From the NCBI RefSeq assembly GCF_009914755.1, contig NC_060945.1: 64,000 nt of DNA; one strand, 5' to 3'. Below the pieces are notes generated by a model that saw only the letters and a program-made list of their open reading frames with translations, searched no databases and was not told where the DNA came from. Origin of the DNA: the human T2T-CHM13v2.0 reference genome, Homo sapiens. Position numbers and translations under genes: made by a program. Below are positions 39,791-54,752 of this stretch, one piece after another (the first letter of the stretch is position 1; the number at the start of each line of letters is the position of its first letter).

Positions 39791-40548
39791 AATTATCTTT
39801 ATCTCTTAGAGAGATACAGAGAATTGTTATGCTGAATCCAAGCAGACGGTTGGAGTAAGAAGAAAGGAAATCTTGGAAGAAAGTGTTGTTTTAGAAGTTG
39901 TAATGGCTGCAAAAGAATTAAGGAAAACAAAAGTTTCCTTTAACACCTACCATGTTTCAAAGACCATGTTAGGTCTGTCTTTCCTGATATAATAATGAAA
40001 AAGTCATCATTTCAAAAAGAAAGGGAAGTGTGCAAAAATTAATTTCTGATGATAAACTGGGAATGTCTTTGATGAGGGAAATCAAGGAGCAATGTCTACA
40101 AGGATGAGATGACCAAGGTTCATCCAGTGGGCTGGGGCTTCTCAAAGACAAGGAGAGCAGAAGGAGAGAGGAACTCATAACCAGTAATATTATCTTGTAA
40201 TTAGATTATTGGCAAAGTCTAGAAACATAAGTCTTTAAAAAATCCCCAAAGCCAAGAAGGAAGGGGTGGATTTTAGTGTTTTACTGCACTGAGAAATAGG
40301 TCAATGTATGTCACAGACAATGGAAAGGAGCTGAAACTACCTGAGTTCCTATTTGGAATCATCTTTTCTGTTGACAGTCCTCTTCGACCTAAGAACACTT
40401 AGTGCTATAATAAAGCTGAGGCCTCAGTTAGGTGAGAGTTGACATTGATTGACTAATTACTGTGTGTCATGGACACCTCATTTAATCTTCACAGCCACTC
40501 TCTGAATTAGAAAGTTAAGTTTCCAGATAAAGAAAATGAGACCCCACA

Positions 40549-40850
<302 letters not shown>

Positions 40851-40995
40851 AGAAATTGAGACTGCATAGATGCTCACAGCACTCAGTTACTTAATTGCTG
40901 AGCCAAGATTTTTACACTGTGGACTCAGAAAGCCAATGAGTTAATAACTACATGATGCGACTCTTCACATCTGTTATCTCTATAAAACTAACTTG

Positions 40996-41525
<530 letters not shown>

Positions 41526-42094
41526 CTGTACACTTACAAACGAGGGAGGGAGTCAGCAGACTGATGCATAAACACAGAGTTTCACATTGGTGACGAACTT
41601 CAGGGCTGGCTGGCTGATGTTTAAGTTCACATTTAACATCCTCACCAAGATGTCACTTGGCCTTGTCAAATCTCTAGTGTATGGAACCCACTGCCTCACT
41701 GCCTTGCATATTAACACATTTCATTTGTGAAAAGTTGAGACTATTTTGGATAGCCGCGATGAGTCAGCAAGTACTTTCCTATATTAAGTTGAAATCTAGT
41801 GCCATGAAGGTTTCCACCTCTTGGTTTTGCTTTAAACACTTGGAGGAAATTCAGCATAGATCTGACTTTCTTTCCCCATGGAGAGTGGTTCATAATGAAC
41901 ACAAATATTAGGCCCCTTTCTCTCACCTCCTCACTCTGTTTCTTTAATCAACCTTCATTGGAGAGGAGTTTTCTAATTACTTCAGTTTCCAATTTGCTAC
42001 ACAGCATGAGAACCACCTAGGGAGATTTTTGATATTTTTAAAGATCTTCTTCAACTGTGAAATCATTCCATCAATCAGACAAAACTACAGAAAG

Positions 42095-44122
42095 TAATAC
42101 TTGTCTTTAAGTCTATTTTGTTGATATTCATATAGCCACTTCTGTTTTCCTGTGATTACTATTTGCATGTTTTAGCTTGTCTATCCTTTTTGTTTAACCT
42201 AGCCTTGCCCGTATATTTAAAGTGAATCTCTTGAAAACAACATATAGTTGGAGTTTCGCTTTTTTTAAAAAAAGGCCTTATAATTTTTGTATTTTAAGTA
42301 AATGCCTTCATATTTAATAAAATGATTGTATAAAATGATTGTATGGCTGAGTCTCCTAACATTCTATTTGTCTTCTTTTGTCTCAGAAGTTCATTGTTTC
42401 TTTTTTTCTCTCTTTCACATCTCCTTTTGGATTCAATTTGTATTTTATAATATGCTCTTATCTTCCCTTTTGGATATTTAGAACACCACATATTATTTTT
42501 CAGTAGTTGCTCTAAGGATTATGATATTTGTCTTTAGCACAATATAATGTATCTTGAATTAATAACACATCATATAAAAAACTAACAAAAGTATAATTTC
42601 ATTTACCTTCTCCCATCCATTGTGTTACTATTGCCATATATTTTTCTACATATGTTATAAACCACACATTTTTATCATTTTTATTATTCTTGCCTACAGA
42701 GAAATTAATAATTGAGAAAAGAGCAACTTTTATATTTTCCCACATATTTATAAGGTATGTTACTCTTCATTTCTTCCTGAATATCCAGATTTCCATCTGG
42801 TAACATTTGTCTTCCACTTGCATAATTTCCTTTAACATTCTTTAAAGTATAGGTCTACTATTGACACGTTCTCTCAGTTTTGGTTACCTGAAAAATGTTC
42901 TCATCTTGCTTTTATTTTCACAGGCTATATCTGCTATATGTAGAATTCTATGTTAATCTTGTTGTTGCTTCTTCAGCATTGTAGAGATATTATTCCATTG
43001 TCTCCTGGTTTATACTGTTTTTGCAAGAAGCCTAAAATAATTCTTATCATTCTTCCTGTGTATCTAATTTGGTTTTTTTCCTCTGGATGCTTTAAATTTT
43101 CTCTTTAGTTTTTATCAATTTTATTATAATGCTCCTAAAAATTACTTTGTTTTGTATTTTTTTGTCTGGGATTATTTGAGCTTCTTGAATCTGCAGATTG
43201 ACATTTTTAGTCAAATTTGGAAATGACTTGATCTTTTATCCTTCCTTTTTTTCTTATCTTCTCCAACCTCTCTCCTTATTTTTTAGGATTTCAATTATAA
43301 ATATATTAGATCACCTGATATTGTGCCACAGGTCACTGAAGCTCTCATCATATTTTTTCAATCTCCTCCTCTCCTTCTCCTTCTCCTCCATCTCAGTGTT
43401 TCAGTTTGGGTGGTTTCCATGGACCTCTATGTTAATTCACCCTTTTTTTTCGTACTGCATTTTCCAATCCCCATTAAGGCCATCCTGGGAAATTTCTATT
43501 TCTGCTATTTTATTTTTAAGTTATAGAAATTTTATCTTGTTCTTTTTGATAGTTTTCATTTATCAGCTGGTAGTTCCCACCTGTTCATTCATTATGTTGA
43601 TATTTTCCTTTAAAATTGGAACTTCAACTTTGGTTCATTAGCACCCCAACATCTCTTAATACTATGTGTCCTCAGGATTCTCCATTCTCACAGTCCCTAG
43701 CAACTATATTCTGCCTGGCCTCATGGAGTCTTATCTGCCCATACAGAGCTTAGTATGTCACTCAAAACTCCAGGGAATCCCTATGCTGATATATAGAACT
43801 CCTTCTCTGTGAGGTTCCCCTCTATCTAGTGCCTCAACCAACAAACTCAGTTACTAATGCTGATCCAGCCTCTGGTCTGTTTCCCCCGCCCAGTGTTGGT
43901 TCTGCTTCCTTGTGTCACAGGTTGGAAAGCATACCCAGGCAAAAGACTGAGTTGAATGTGGGGTTCACTTTATGTGTCTCCCTTCTTTTGAGGAGCACAG
44001 CCTTGCATTAACTGTAGAGTTTAATATCTGAAAATAGTTGCCTCAGGTATTTTCCTTACTTTCATGAATTGGCAACTATGTCTAAAACTCATTAATTCAT
44101 CACGGCTGCAACTGGACATCTC
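42095..44122 (-). mobile_element. Old L1 (L1MD/ME-like) 5' region, ORF1 and ORF2 start, decayed
   Basis: 'aagtctattttgttgatattcatatagccact', 'atgtagaattcta', 'ttccattgtctcctgg', 'ttgagcttcttgaatctg', 'gtgccacaggtcactgaagctct'. Confidence 0.85.
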
Positions 44123-46913
44123 ATTTAGCATTTTATTAATAGTAGTGTAGCTAAAAGGTTATCTATAAATATTCTACTTCATTCAGCTTTTTATTGTAGT
44201 AGGTTTCTTTAATTTGGTATTCCAAAGACAATATGATCCTTAAGCTTTCAAATACCATTGTATAGAACAAATGTTTATCAAATGGTCATAAAATAAATTA
44301 ATGAACAAAAGTAAATGTAATTTTGTTTTGTTATTTCTAAAAGCTTTTCACTTTTCATTATTTCCCAACTGAATTTGCATTTTTAGGTTTGCTTTCTCCT
44401 TAGCTTAATCTGTTTCTGTTCTGTTTCTCCTGGTGGAGGCTGGGATAAGGATGTAAGGTCAACACTCATAGAGTTTCCAGTCTAGAGACATAAAGGGGCC
44501 AATTAAAACAATAAGAATATAGTCTGTATCAGTGGGACCACTGAATGAGACCTTATCTCTAAATAATAATAATATTTTTTAAAGTATTTGTAAGAGAATC
44601 TTATCACTTAATACAGTGAACACTAAACATACAATGAACACTTAACAAATGTATAAAAGATTGGTCTTTTGCTCCTATTTTAGTTTTAAAACTCAGTTAT
44701 TGGAAAAGGCATAAGTTAACTAAGGAAAATCAAAGCTTTGTTTTACTTGTATTTTGCATGCTACATGGAAATTGTCACAATAAGAAAATATTTATGAGAT
44801 TAAATTGACTTAAGAGCAAAGATACATTGTTTTTTAAGTACCCTATCAAGTTATTTTCAGAATATAGACTGGGAATATGCCCTGGAAAAACATCCAACTA
44901 TTTAAACCTACAGTAATTTACATTGATTTCTGTTGCCAGCTATTGCTGCTCAATGCTCAACATTACATCCTGTGTTGAGGTGAGTAAGGTAATGAAGCAT
45001 TAAGTCAGGCCTGGACTGAAGAACAGGCCCCATTTTGGCTGCATGCCCATGAATGAACATATGTTAGGGCACAGCCAAACTGGCAGTGTCTGGCATTTCT
45101 TCCTGGCGGTCGCCACAGCTGACCTTTTTTTTTTTTTTTTTTTGTAATACTGTGAATGTGTGCGTGTTCCAATAACTCAGCTTAAGTTACGCCTTGGAGA
45201 TGCAAGACAGATCTTTGGCTTGTCTCTAGCTGAGCTTTCCCTTCAAAATTTCTGGCATGCTTTAGAATGAAGACTTAGACATAATTTGAGACACATCTTT
45301 TATTAGGACCCAACCATGAGTTGGTCAAATATAATAAACTTCCTTCTCCCACAGATAGTAAATGGATCTTCAACTCTACTAGCACATTTACCAGTCTGAT
45401 GAGACATGTTTTAAATTTTCCAGGAGAAGGGACCTCTATCTATCAGGCAGCTGTCCTGGGAGCTCTGCCCTGACTCATAAGTACCACGAAACTTACTAAA
45501 CTCACAGCCTCTCAGAGAGGTTTCCATAAACTGACCTACTTTTTTCAGCAGTCATTTCACAGAAATACTAATGTTTAGGTGGTGATTTTGTATTGTCATC
45601 TAGGTGGACATTTATAAATATATTTTCAATTGTAGGATAAGACCAGGCTCAAGAATAAAGTTGATCAGCTTCCAGCATGTTCCTAAATGTCTAGACATTC
45701 ACACTTCTTTGTAAAGAAATCCTTTATATTAAAAAAAGTAAGACATAGAAGCCCAATAGGCAGGAGAAGAGAATGATTCTTTTGGGAACCAAAGGATCCA
45801 GAAACTTTAATGTCTTCTTTTCTCGTCCACAGATGGTTACAAACACAATTGTAAAGAAAATTGATTTCCAGTGGCATCTGTCTCCTACTTCCAGGCCCCT
45901 TTCCTCATGCATTGGTTCTGTTTCCCAACTACCTCTTCCATCTTCCCTTCAGGCAACCTCTGTATTGCCATGCTCCCTTATCTTTTATCAAAACCTTTTC
46001 TTAGACAAGGTCATTATATCAGTCATTCACACCTTAGTATGAACTAAAGTAGATGTCTTACCTTGATAATTATATTGTACACCACCTTCCTCCACTAGAA
46101 GGAATTTCTACTATCGGAGTATAAAGAGTTATTTAAGATAAAGGAGGAATTTCTTAGCACCACTGAACCTGAAAACTTACTCTCCTAATACATAAGACCA
46201 TCTCTGGACTACCCTAACCATTTACTCTTGTATTCAATCTCTTGGCCAATACTTAGGATAAAATTAATTCTGGGACAACAGTCTTGAGCATGATGAATAT
46301 GGTATTTGCCACAGGGGTTCAGAGGAGGAAGACAGCCCTTCTGGTTGAAAAAATCCTGGAATTCTTTATGGAGGAAGTAAGATTAGTACTGAACCTTGAA
46401 ATGTACATCCTAGAATCTCCCTCTGTTTCTGCAGCTGTAAAATGTTTGTGGTGAGATTTGACTAGAACAAGGTGCCTAGAAGAACCTGACCAAGACGCTC
46501 TACTGGTTGACTGCTGGAGTTTGGAATTTGTAGAGAAGATAGAATTACAGGTAAATTTTGGCCTCACTGTGTCATTTTTAGAGGCCACCTTCAAAATATC
46601 CAGCTAAGTGCACGTTTTTCTCCTGTTGTTCCATGTGCACCAATCAACATTTCCTTTGGGGTAAATCCCCTTAAGGCTACCTCTGGGAACTGGGAGAGGC
46701 TGTGTAGCCCTCTCTCATTGATTCATCCCTAGACCTGATCCCATAGTTGATGGGCAGACAGTAGCCTGAGAGATGCTAAGAGTTGGGAAAGGTAAATAAA
46801 GTAACAAAGAGACAGATGATGACAATGTAAAAGCCAGTGCAGACAACGTACGCACATCTATTTATCACATTTTTATTGAGTGTCTCTATGCTGCATGCTG
46901 GTGTGATAGTATC

Positions 46914-47348
46914 TGTTGTGGGTTGAATTGTCATGGGTTCAACAAAATTCATATGTTGAAAGTCTAACCCCCAGTACCTCAGAATGTGACTAATTTAGAA
47001 ATGGGGCGATTATAGATGTAATTAGTCCAGATGAGGTCTTGCGACTGGCCCCTAATTCAGTATGACTTATAAAACGGGGAAATTTGAACACAGAAACACA
47101 CACACTCAGGGAGAATGCCACATGAAGATGAAGACAGAGATGGGGTGATATGTCTAGAATCCAAGAAACACAAAAGATTGCCAGCAGCCTTCAGAAGCTA
47201 GGAAAGAGCCTGGAACACATTCTCCCTCACAGCCTTAGAAGGAACCAACCCTCTAATGCTTTAATATCAGACTTCTGACCTCAAGACAATACATTTCCTT
47301 TTTTAAGCCACCCAGTTTGTGGTGTGGCAGCCCCAGGAAACTAATCCA
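46914..47348 (+). mobile_element. MLT1C-like solo LTR
   Basis: TG...CA ends; 'cccagtacctcagaatgtgact'; TSD gtatc/gcatc. Confidence 0.92.
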
Positions 47349-47509
47349 GCATCAAATAAAATATAGTTCCTCTCTTGGGGCACTCATAGCCTGAAGAGAG
47401 CCAGGAGAACTTTGATAGGGGCTGGAGGAGAGCAGGGAGGTAACCCTACCGTGTGGTGTGAGTGTGCAGGAGTTGGGAGGGGGTATCCAGAGGGCCATTT
47501 CTGGAAGGT

Positions 47510-47705
47510 AAGGGGGAAGAGCACTGGATGAAGAGTGAAGAGGGCCAAGCTTAGTTCAAGCTTTGCCACTCTCTGGGTGACCTCGGGACATCACTACTTC
47601 TTGGAACTACAGTCTCCTAAAGCAGTAGATAAAAGGTTCCTAAACTAATGCATTAAAGGTTAGGATAAATGAGGTCATTTCTAAGTTCCTCCAGCTCCAC
47701 TATTC
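47510..47705 (+). mobile_element. MIR3/MIRc-like SINE
   Basis: 'gaagagcactgga...ctttgccact...gtgacctcggg...tctaagttcctccagctc'. Confidence 0.6.
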
Positions 47706-47957
47706 ACCTCGCTCTATGTCTGTCCCAGGGACATTGCTAAAGCTGAGGAGGTTCAAATGGAAGGCAAGAGTTTCCAAAATAATCTCTGAAGCCTTTTTAA
47801 AATTCACTGAGGGCTAGCTCTGGGCATATCTTGGGTATGAACATTTCATTGTCCGTTGGCTTCATTTTATTACTCTGCTTTCTTGTCTCTGGCTGTGCAC
47901 GGGACTGAAATTGCTCACTCTGTGAGGCTGGGTCTATGGACGTAAAATTCTCTTTAA

Positions 47958-48381
<424 letters not shown>

Positions 48382-48409
48382 AACCTGGTTGGTATTTCTA
48401 AGACTTTTG

Positions 48410-49170
48410 TATTGCTCAAGATCACCCTTGAAAATTACAACTCTCCTTCTAGTCCACCATCCAGCACTCCTTCCCCAGAACATTATCACCCTCTGGCCCA
48501 TTATATACTGTATCATATGTGATATTTACTTTCTGTCTCCCTTGCTGATAATGTCAGCTCCAGAAAGGTAGGACTTTTTAGCTGCTTTGATCACTGGTGT
48601 ATCCTCAGTGAGAAATGACTGCTACGGTTTCAATGTCCCCTCCAAAACTCCTGTTGAAACTTAATTCCCAATGTGGTAGTATTGAGAAATGGGGCCTTTA
48701 AGAGGTGATTGGGTCATGAAGGCTCTGCACTCATGAGTGGATTAATCCACCCATGGATTAATGGATTGATGGGTTAATGGATTAATAGCTTATTGTGGGA
48801 GTCTGACTGGAGGCCTTCTAAGAAGAGGAAGAGGGACCAAAGCAAGTAGGTGAGCACCCTCAGCTCCCTGGCCACATGAGGCTCTGTGCCACATCAGGAC
48901 TCTACATAGAGTCCCCACCAGCAAGAAGGCCCTCACCAGATGTGGCCCCTTGACCTTGGACTTCTCAACCTCTATAACTGCAAAAAATAAATTCCTTTTC
49001 TTTATAAACTGTTTCAGGTATTCTGTTATAAGCAACAGAAAATGGACTAAGACAATGAAAAAGAGGATCTCTTAAACATACATCTGCAACTGGAAGAAGT
49101 CCCAGCCCCCTGGCACCCAGCCTAGGACTTGGCATTTGATAAATGCTCAGTGACTGTTGAGTGAACACAT
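48410..49170 (+). mobile_element. L2 3' end interrupted by an MST LTR
   Basis: 'aatgtcagctccagaaaggtaggac...tcactggtgtatcctcagtg' and 'ttggcatttgataaatgctcagtga'. Confidence 0.65.
48620..49054 (+). mobile_element. MST (MSTC-like) solo LTR
   Basis: 'aatgtcccctccaaaactc...ccagcaagaaggccctcaccagatg...ggactaagaca'; TSD atgac/atgaa. Confidence 0.92.
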
Positions 49171-49423
49171 GATTGCCCATCGCTCCACACAGATTTAGTC
49201 TTCACTGAGAATTCCATATGTACAGACATGGATTAAATAATTGAGAAAGTGAAAGGACTTAATCAAGTTCATGTTAATTAAAGGTGAGAACTTACATTCT
49301 CTGTCTTGGTAACCAACCTGCACAGTCTTAAAAAGCAGAACACTAGAAACACCTTGGTAGAAATTAAGCACAGAAAGAACTATTAAAGAGCATTTGCGCT
49401 GAGGGATCTTGGCCCTAGTAGAA

Positions 49424-50063
49424 TGTGGGGCCAGAATTCTAAGATGGTCCCCAAGATACCCTCTCTTGGTGTATGTAAGCCCTATAAAATCCCTTCCTCC
49501 AAGTATCAGCAGAACCTTCGAATACGATAAGGTATCAGTCCTGGAATTATATTACATTATATGCAAATGGCAGATTATTTGGGATGAGGCTAATTCATCA
49601 AACGAGGTCTTTAAGAGTGTTTACTCCACCTGGTTGCAGAGGAGAAAGTCAGAGACATGTGCTCTTGTTGGCCTGAAAGAAGCAACTATCATGTGGTGAA
49701 CCACCTACAGGGGCCACACAGCAAGGAACGGCAGGCAGCCTCTAGAAGCCAAGAGCCTTCCTGGACCAACATCTAGCAAGAAAATAAGGACCTCTGCCAT
49801 ACAACCACAGAGAAATGAATCCCACTAACAGTGAACTTGGAAAAGCATCCTAAGCCTCAGATGAGAACCACAGCACCTTTAGATGGGAACAGTATGGTAG
49901 TCCGTTCAACATCTTAATTGTGGTCTGTGAAACCACCAGCAGACAGCCCTGCCATAGCCAGCCTAGACTTCATACCTACAGGAACTGTGAGACCATTGAT
50001 ATGGGTTGTTTGCAGTCACTAAGTTTGTGGTAATTTGGTATGAAGCAATAGAAAACCAATACG
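49424..50063 (+). mobile_element. MLT1E-like solo LTR
   Basis: 'cagaattctaagatggtcccca...gcctcagatgaga...cactaagtttgtggtaatttg...gcaatagaaaaccaatac'. Confidence 0.85.
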
Positions 50064-50295
50064 CATAGTGAGCTAGCTGAGTTCACTTCTCAGTGGTTAA
50101 AAAGATGAACAAATAAAGGTTACCAAGGGCTGTCGGGGGTAAAAGGAGCTTTTGTTTAATGTGTACAGAGTTTCTGCTGGCAGCAATGAAAAAGTTTTGG
50201 GTATAGATAGTGGTGATGGGTACACAGCACTGTCAATATACTTTAATGCCACTGGGTTGTAAACTTACCAATAGTTAAAATGATAAATATTATTT

Positions 50296-50315
50296 TATAT
50301 ATACATATATATATG

Positions 50316-50371
<56 letters not shown>
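50296..50371. repeat. Interrupted (TA)n
   Basis: Read directly; abuts the Alu poly-T. Confidence 0.95.
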
Positions 50372-50570
<199 letters not shown>

Positions 50571-51594
50571 TAAAAAGAATATTGGATCACTCTACTTCTT
50601 TGATTACGGCCAATGATATTCTTCTCAGGCCCCTAATCTCAGTCCTATTCAAAATTAATTCTAATTGACTCAAAATATCCTTCAACTTAAAAATAAATTT
50701 TATTTTTTTAATATTTTAAAAATATTTTAAAAATAAGTTCTCTATCAAATGTTGAGTCTTGCTGACTCATGCAGTAGAGGGATTAGAGAAACCAGTACAA
50801 ATCAGGAAGAGTGAAAAATAGCTTGAATCCTATGAATCATCTTGAGCTTTGACAGACAGGAAAGGAAAAGACAGAGTTATATGCCCTGGCAATGTGAGAA
50901 TGGGTTGGGTCGGAAGAGTAGCACCCATAAGGCAAGATGGAAAACCTTCTGGCATTTTACTTAAGCCCCATGGCTGCTCAGGGCTGACCTAAGCAGGACA
51001 AAGAGACCACCAAGGCAGGTGAAGGGCAGGACCCAGACAGGAGGTAGAGAACACCAGCTAAACTGTGGGAGAGGATTGGGGAGAGCCCAGCAATGACCAG
51101 GAAGCTTTTTGTCTGGGGCCATGAACCTGGGACCCTACCCAGCAGTGACAGCCCAGATGACCTGTCAGGGAGGAAAGTCCTGGGAATGGTGACAACAGAT
51201 GCCATGGAGGGCTGGGATGCTCAGGACTGAGATATAAGGATTGTCTCAATGGCACCTTTCTAGAAGGGGAGGATTTTTAAGAGTTTGACTTCAGAATTTG
51301 GTTCCCTAGTCATGGATTGTTGGGCATGGTGAAACATGACCATCTCAGCACAGGCCTATAGTCTGATGAAAATAAGAACTGAGCTCTCCTGGAAGGTAGA
51401 CTTCTTGGCTGTGGATTGTGGTCTGGTCAATGCATCCTCAACAACTCCAGATGGAGCTTCTTGTTTGGTTTCCTAATCTCCCATCCGCACAATACCCAAA
51501 CCCATAAATAACCCTCTGCCCCTCAAACCATTCTGCCTTTTGTTTTCTTCTCACATCTTGTACATCACCCTGCTTCTATGGAGGATCCTGCAAT

Positions 51595-51860
51595 TTATTA
51601 ATAATAATAAAAACAGTGGCAACAATACAAAACCAATATTGCTTATGGGCCATCCACAGTGCACTGAAGCCATGCTAAGCACTCAAGAGACCTTGTCTCC
51701 TTCAGTTCTCACAGTAGCTTTAGGAGATGGTGGAGGAAAGAGCTCAGCTCAGAGAGGGTAATAACCTGTCCAGTGTCACACAGCCAGTGAGTGGGTTATG
51801 AGTTTTAACTTAGGCTCATCTGACTCCAAGACCTGCACTTTCAATTTAGGACGACTCAAC
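51595..51860 (-). mobile_element. MIR
   Basis: 'gctcagagagggtaataacctgtccagtgtcacacagccagtgagtgg...tctgactcca'. Confidence 0.75.
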
Positions 51861-51899
51861 TCTCCATTCATTATGATCCTATGAGAAGGAACTTCATAA

Positions 51900-52206
<307 letters not shown>

Positions 52207-54365
52207 GGCAATGGTTTCTTTATGTGGCCTTTCTTGCCAATAGTCTGGAAGCGGCACTCTATGTCAGAGGTAGAAAGGAAGCAGGCATCTGTCCATCAAA
52301 AGGAGAAACTGGGGGCAGACACTTGATGACCTACAGGAATTTAAGGAAAAGCATAACACTCATGCGTATATTCTAATCAAGCAAAAGATGAAAGGCCTTA
52401 TGGCAAAAAGGATAGAAAATTTCAAAATAATAGAAAATTTGGTTGGTGTGAGGTCTTGTTTAGTGAGCGTCATTTATAACGTTCATTAAACATTAGGAAA
52501 CAAAACCAACACACTACACAGTCGTCCACAGAAAACAGTCTGGGCAGAACACGGCATTGCTTCTCAAAACATTTGAGAGTATGCATTTTCGCCAGGTGCT
52601 CCCTTAACATTTTAAATCTCACTGCGGTATCTCTTACTTAAAAAATAAAATAAAATAACGAAAGCTGTCTCTCACTTACACAACAGTCCAAATATTCTGA
52701 GTACTCACAGTACCAAAATATATATATATAATATATAAACACATTTGTAACCCTAGTTCTGCAAAGGTCCTTTATCTCTCGGATATTTTGCAATGGTTTC
52801 CATAACCTGGGATACTGCTTGTAAAATTCATCTCGACAAGCTAACAGATTTTCCCGAAGGCTGGCCAAGAATAATTTTAAAGAAATAAAGTGGCTTAACC
52901 CAGTTTTCTTGTGTATTCAGGAAAAGACAGGATATACATTTATATCCTTAAGAAGCAAGTAATCCAACTTTCTTTCCAACATGAGCTTAAACATGTTTGG
53001 AAGAAGAAAAATAACTAACTTATTAAGTATGCCATTTTATTTTGCTTTGATTGTTCCAGAATTAGTTAAAGATAGGGAAGATAGCCCCCAAAATGTAAAT
53101 TATCAAATAATCATAAAAGTAAAAATATTGTGCTAATTATTTCAAAAATGACAAATCAAACTGGGAATTGACATATTAAGAACGACATTTTCTATGTCTG
53201 GAATTTTTGGAGAAAAAGTTACTATAGATTAGATAATGTTTGAATAACTAAAGCCTGATTCTTAGCAGAAAAATCTCTTTTGCTTTGAAGTATTTTAACT
53301 TAAATGTTTCTAAAATCTGCCTTACAAAAAGTATGTCCTATATATCAATTATTGTTCTGAGGTCCAATGAACAAACAAACCCAAGAATGCTGGAGTTTTC
53401 ACTTAGGTTGGGCCCACCTCCAAGTCTCAAGTCTCAGCTCCTCTGAGGTGGAGACTGCCAGGCATTTGATGGCTGGCTAGAGAGGAAGAAGGAATAGGGC
53501 AGAATGAACACTTTCACTTTGGTCTTTAACAGAGGTTTATCTCCATTCATAGAAAAATGCTGCCTGTGACAAGCAGTCCCAAGAAAATTCCATCAAAAAG
53601 TGGAATTACACTTTTTGTGTAAAGTGGATGGCACACAGTCATGGTAGAATAAACTTCATAGCTGTGTGGAAAGGTGCTGTAGACAGAGGGGAATCCAATC
53701 AATTAACTTTCTGTGGAATGGAACCACTTTCTACAGGGATCAGGAGTAGAAAACAGGGAGGGAGAATGAAAGCCCAAGAAGAAAGGCTGTTTCCCTGTAG
53801 CCAAAGGTGGGAAAGAAACCAGATTGTCCCCTACAACATTAGGCAGTGACTCAGTGCAAATCCTCTGAAGGCTTGAATTCATTTTGACTATTATGTGGAT
53901 ACTCAAATGGCTAAAATGAAAACGTCTCCGTCCTTAGCAATATTTTCAATTCAAGATCTGATTAAAAAGCAATGATACAGTCAGCAAGGGCTGTGAAGAC
54001 CTCTGAACAAGGTAATGCCATCAGAAATAATCGGCTTTTTACAGAAATGGAGCGAGGTTCCCCTACACACAGACTAAGTGTGTGTATGAGTCACAAGCCA
54101 ATCAGAAAGAAAAAGAGCAGAAACAGAAGAAGTTGTTTAAGAACATAATACATACTTTCAAAAAATTAAAGTTGGCATGGAAAACAGTAGCAATTTGCTG
54201 GACATCCTTACACTTAGTTTGCAGGTCACTGGTGTTTTACTTTTGGATTACAAACAGGCATTACAGGGGCCACGATCATTTTTGTGTGAATGGCCTCTAG
54301 ACATTTAAAGAAGAACTTGTTCAGAAAGCAGGGAGATAAAACTACAGGAGTGAGTAGACCACAAC

Positions 54366-54752
54366 CAGCAGCAGAATTAGGGTGAAGAGAGCCAGGCACT
54401 CTCCTCGGACGCAAAATTTAAAGAGGCAACAAAACAATGCAGGAATCAAAATCAATCATGTTTTAATGTACTATTTTTTAAAAACCAAGATCAATGCTAA
54501 AAGTCATGATGAACAAAATATCAAAATTTTAAATAAAGATGGAATCAGCGTTCCTGAGCCTTAGGCATGAACAAGCTCAGCTCAGCACTGTTATAAATCC
54601 TGTCATTATTTAGACTTTGACAGTTTGTTCATCATAGATTTTTATGCATTAATTTTGATTTTAAAAATATATAGCATTAAAATATTATTTATCCTGATTA
54701 CAGGCGTTTTTGTGTGTGTGTCCCCTTAAATGATATGCCTGACCTCACCCCA
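54366..54752. mobile_element. MER96B-like palindromic hAT MITE
   Basis: 'tagggtga...gcaaaatttaa...catgatgaacaaaatatcaaaattttaaataaaga' mirrored by 'tttgttcatcatagattttt...aattttgattttaaaaat...ctcaccc'. Confidence 0.8.

Noticed and set aside
43198-43641. 147-aa hydrophobic ORF
   Set aside because: T-rich antisense strand of a decayed L1; the apparent membrane character is a composition artefact.
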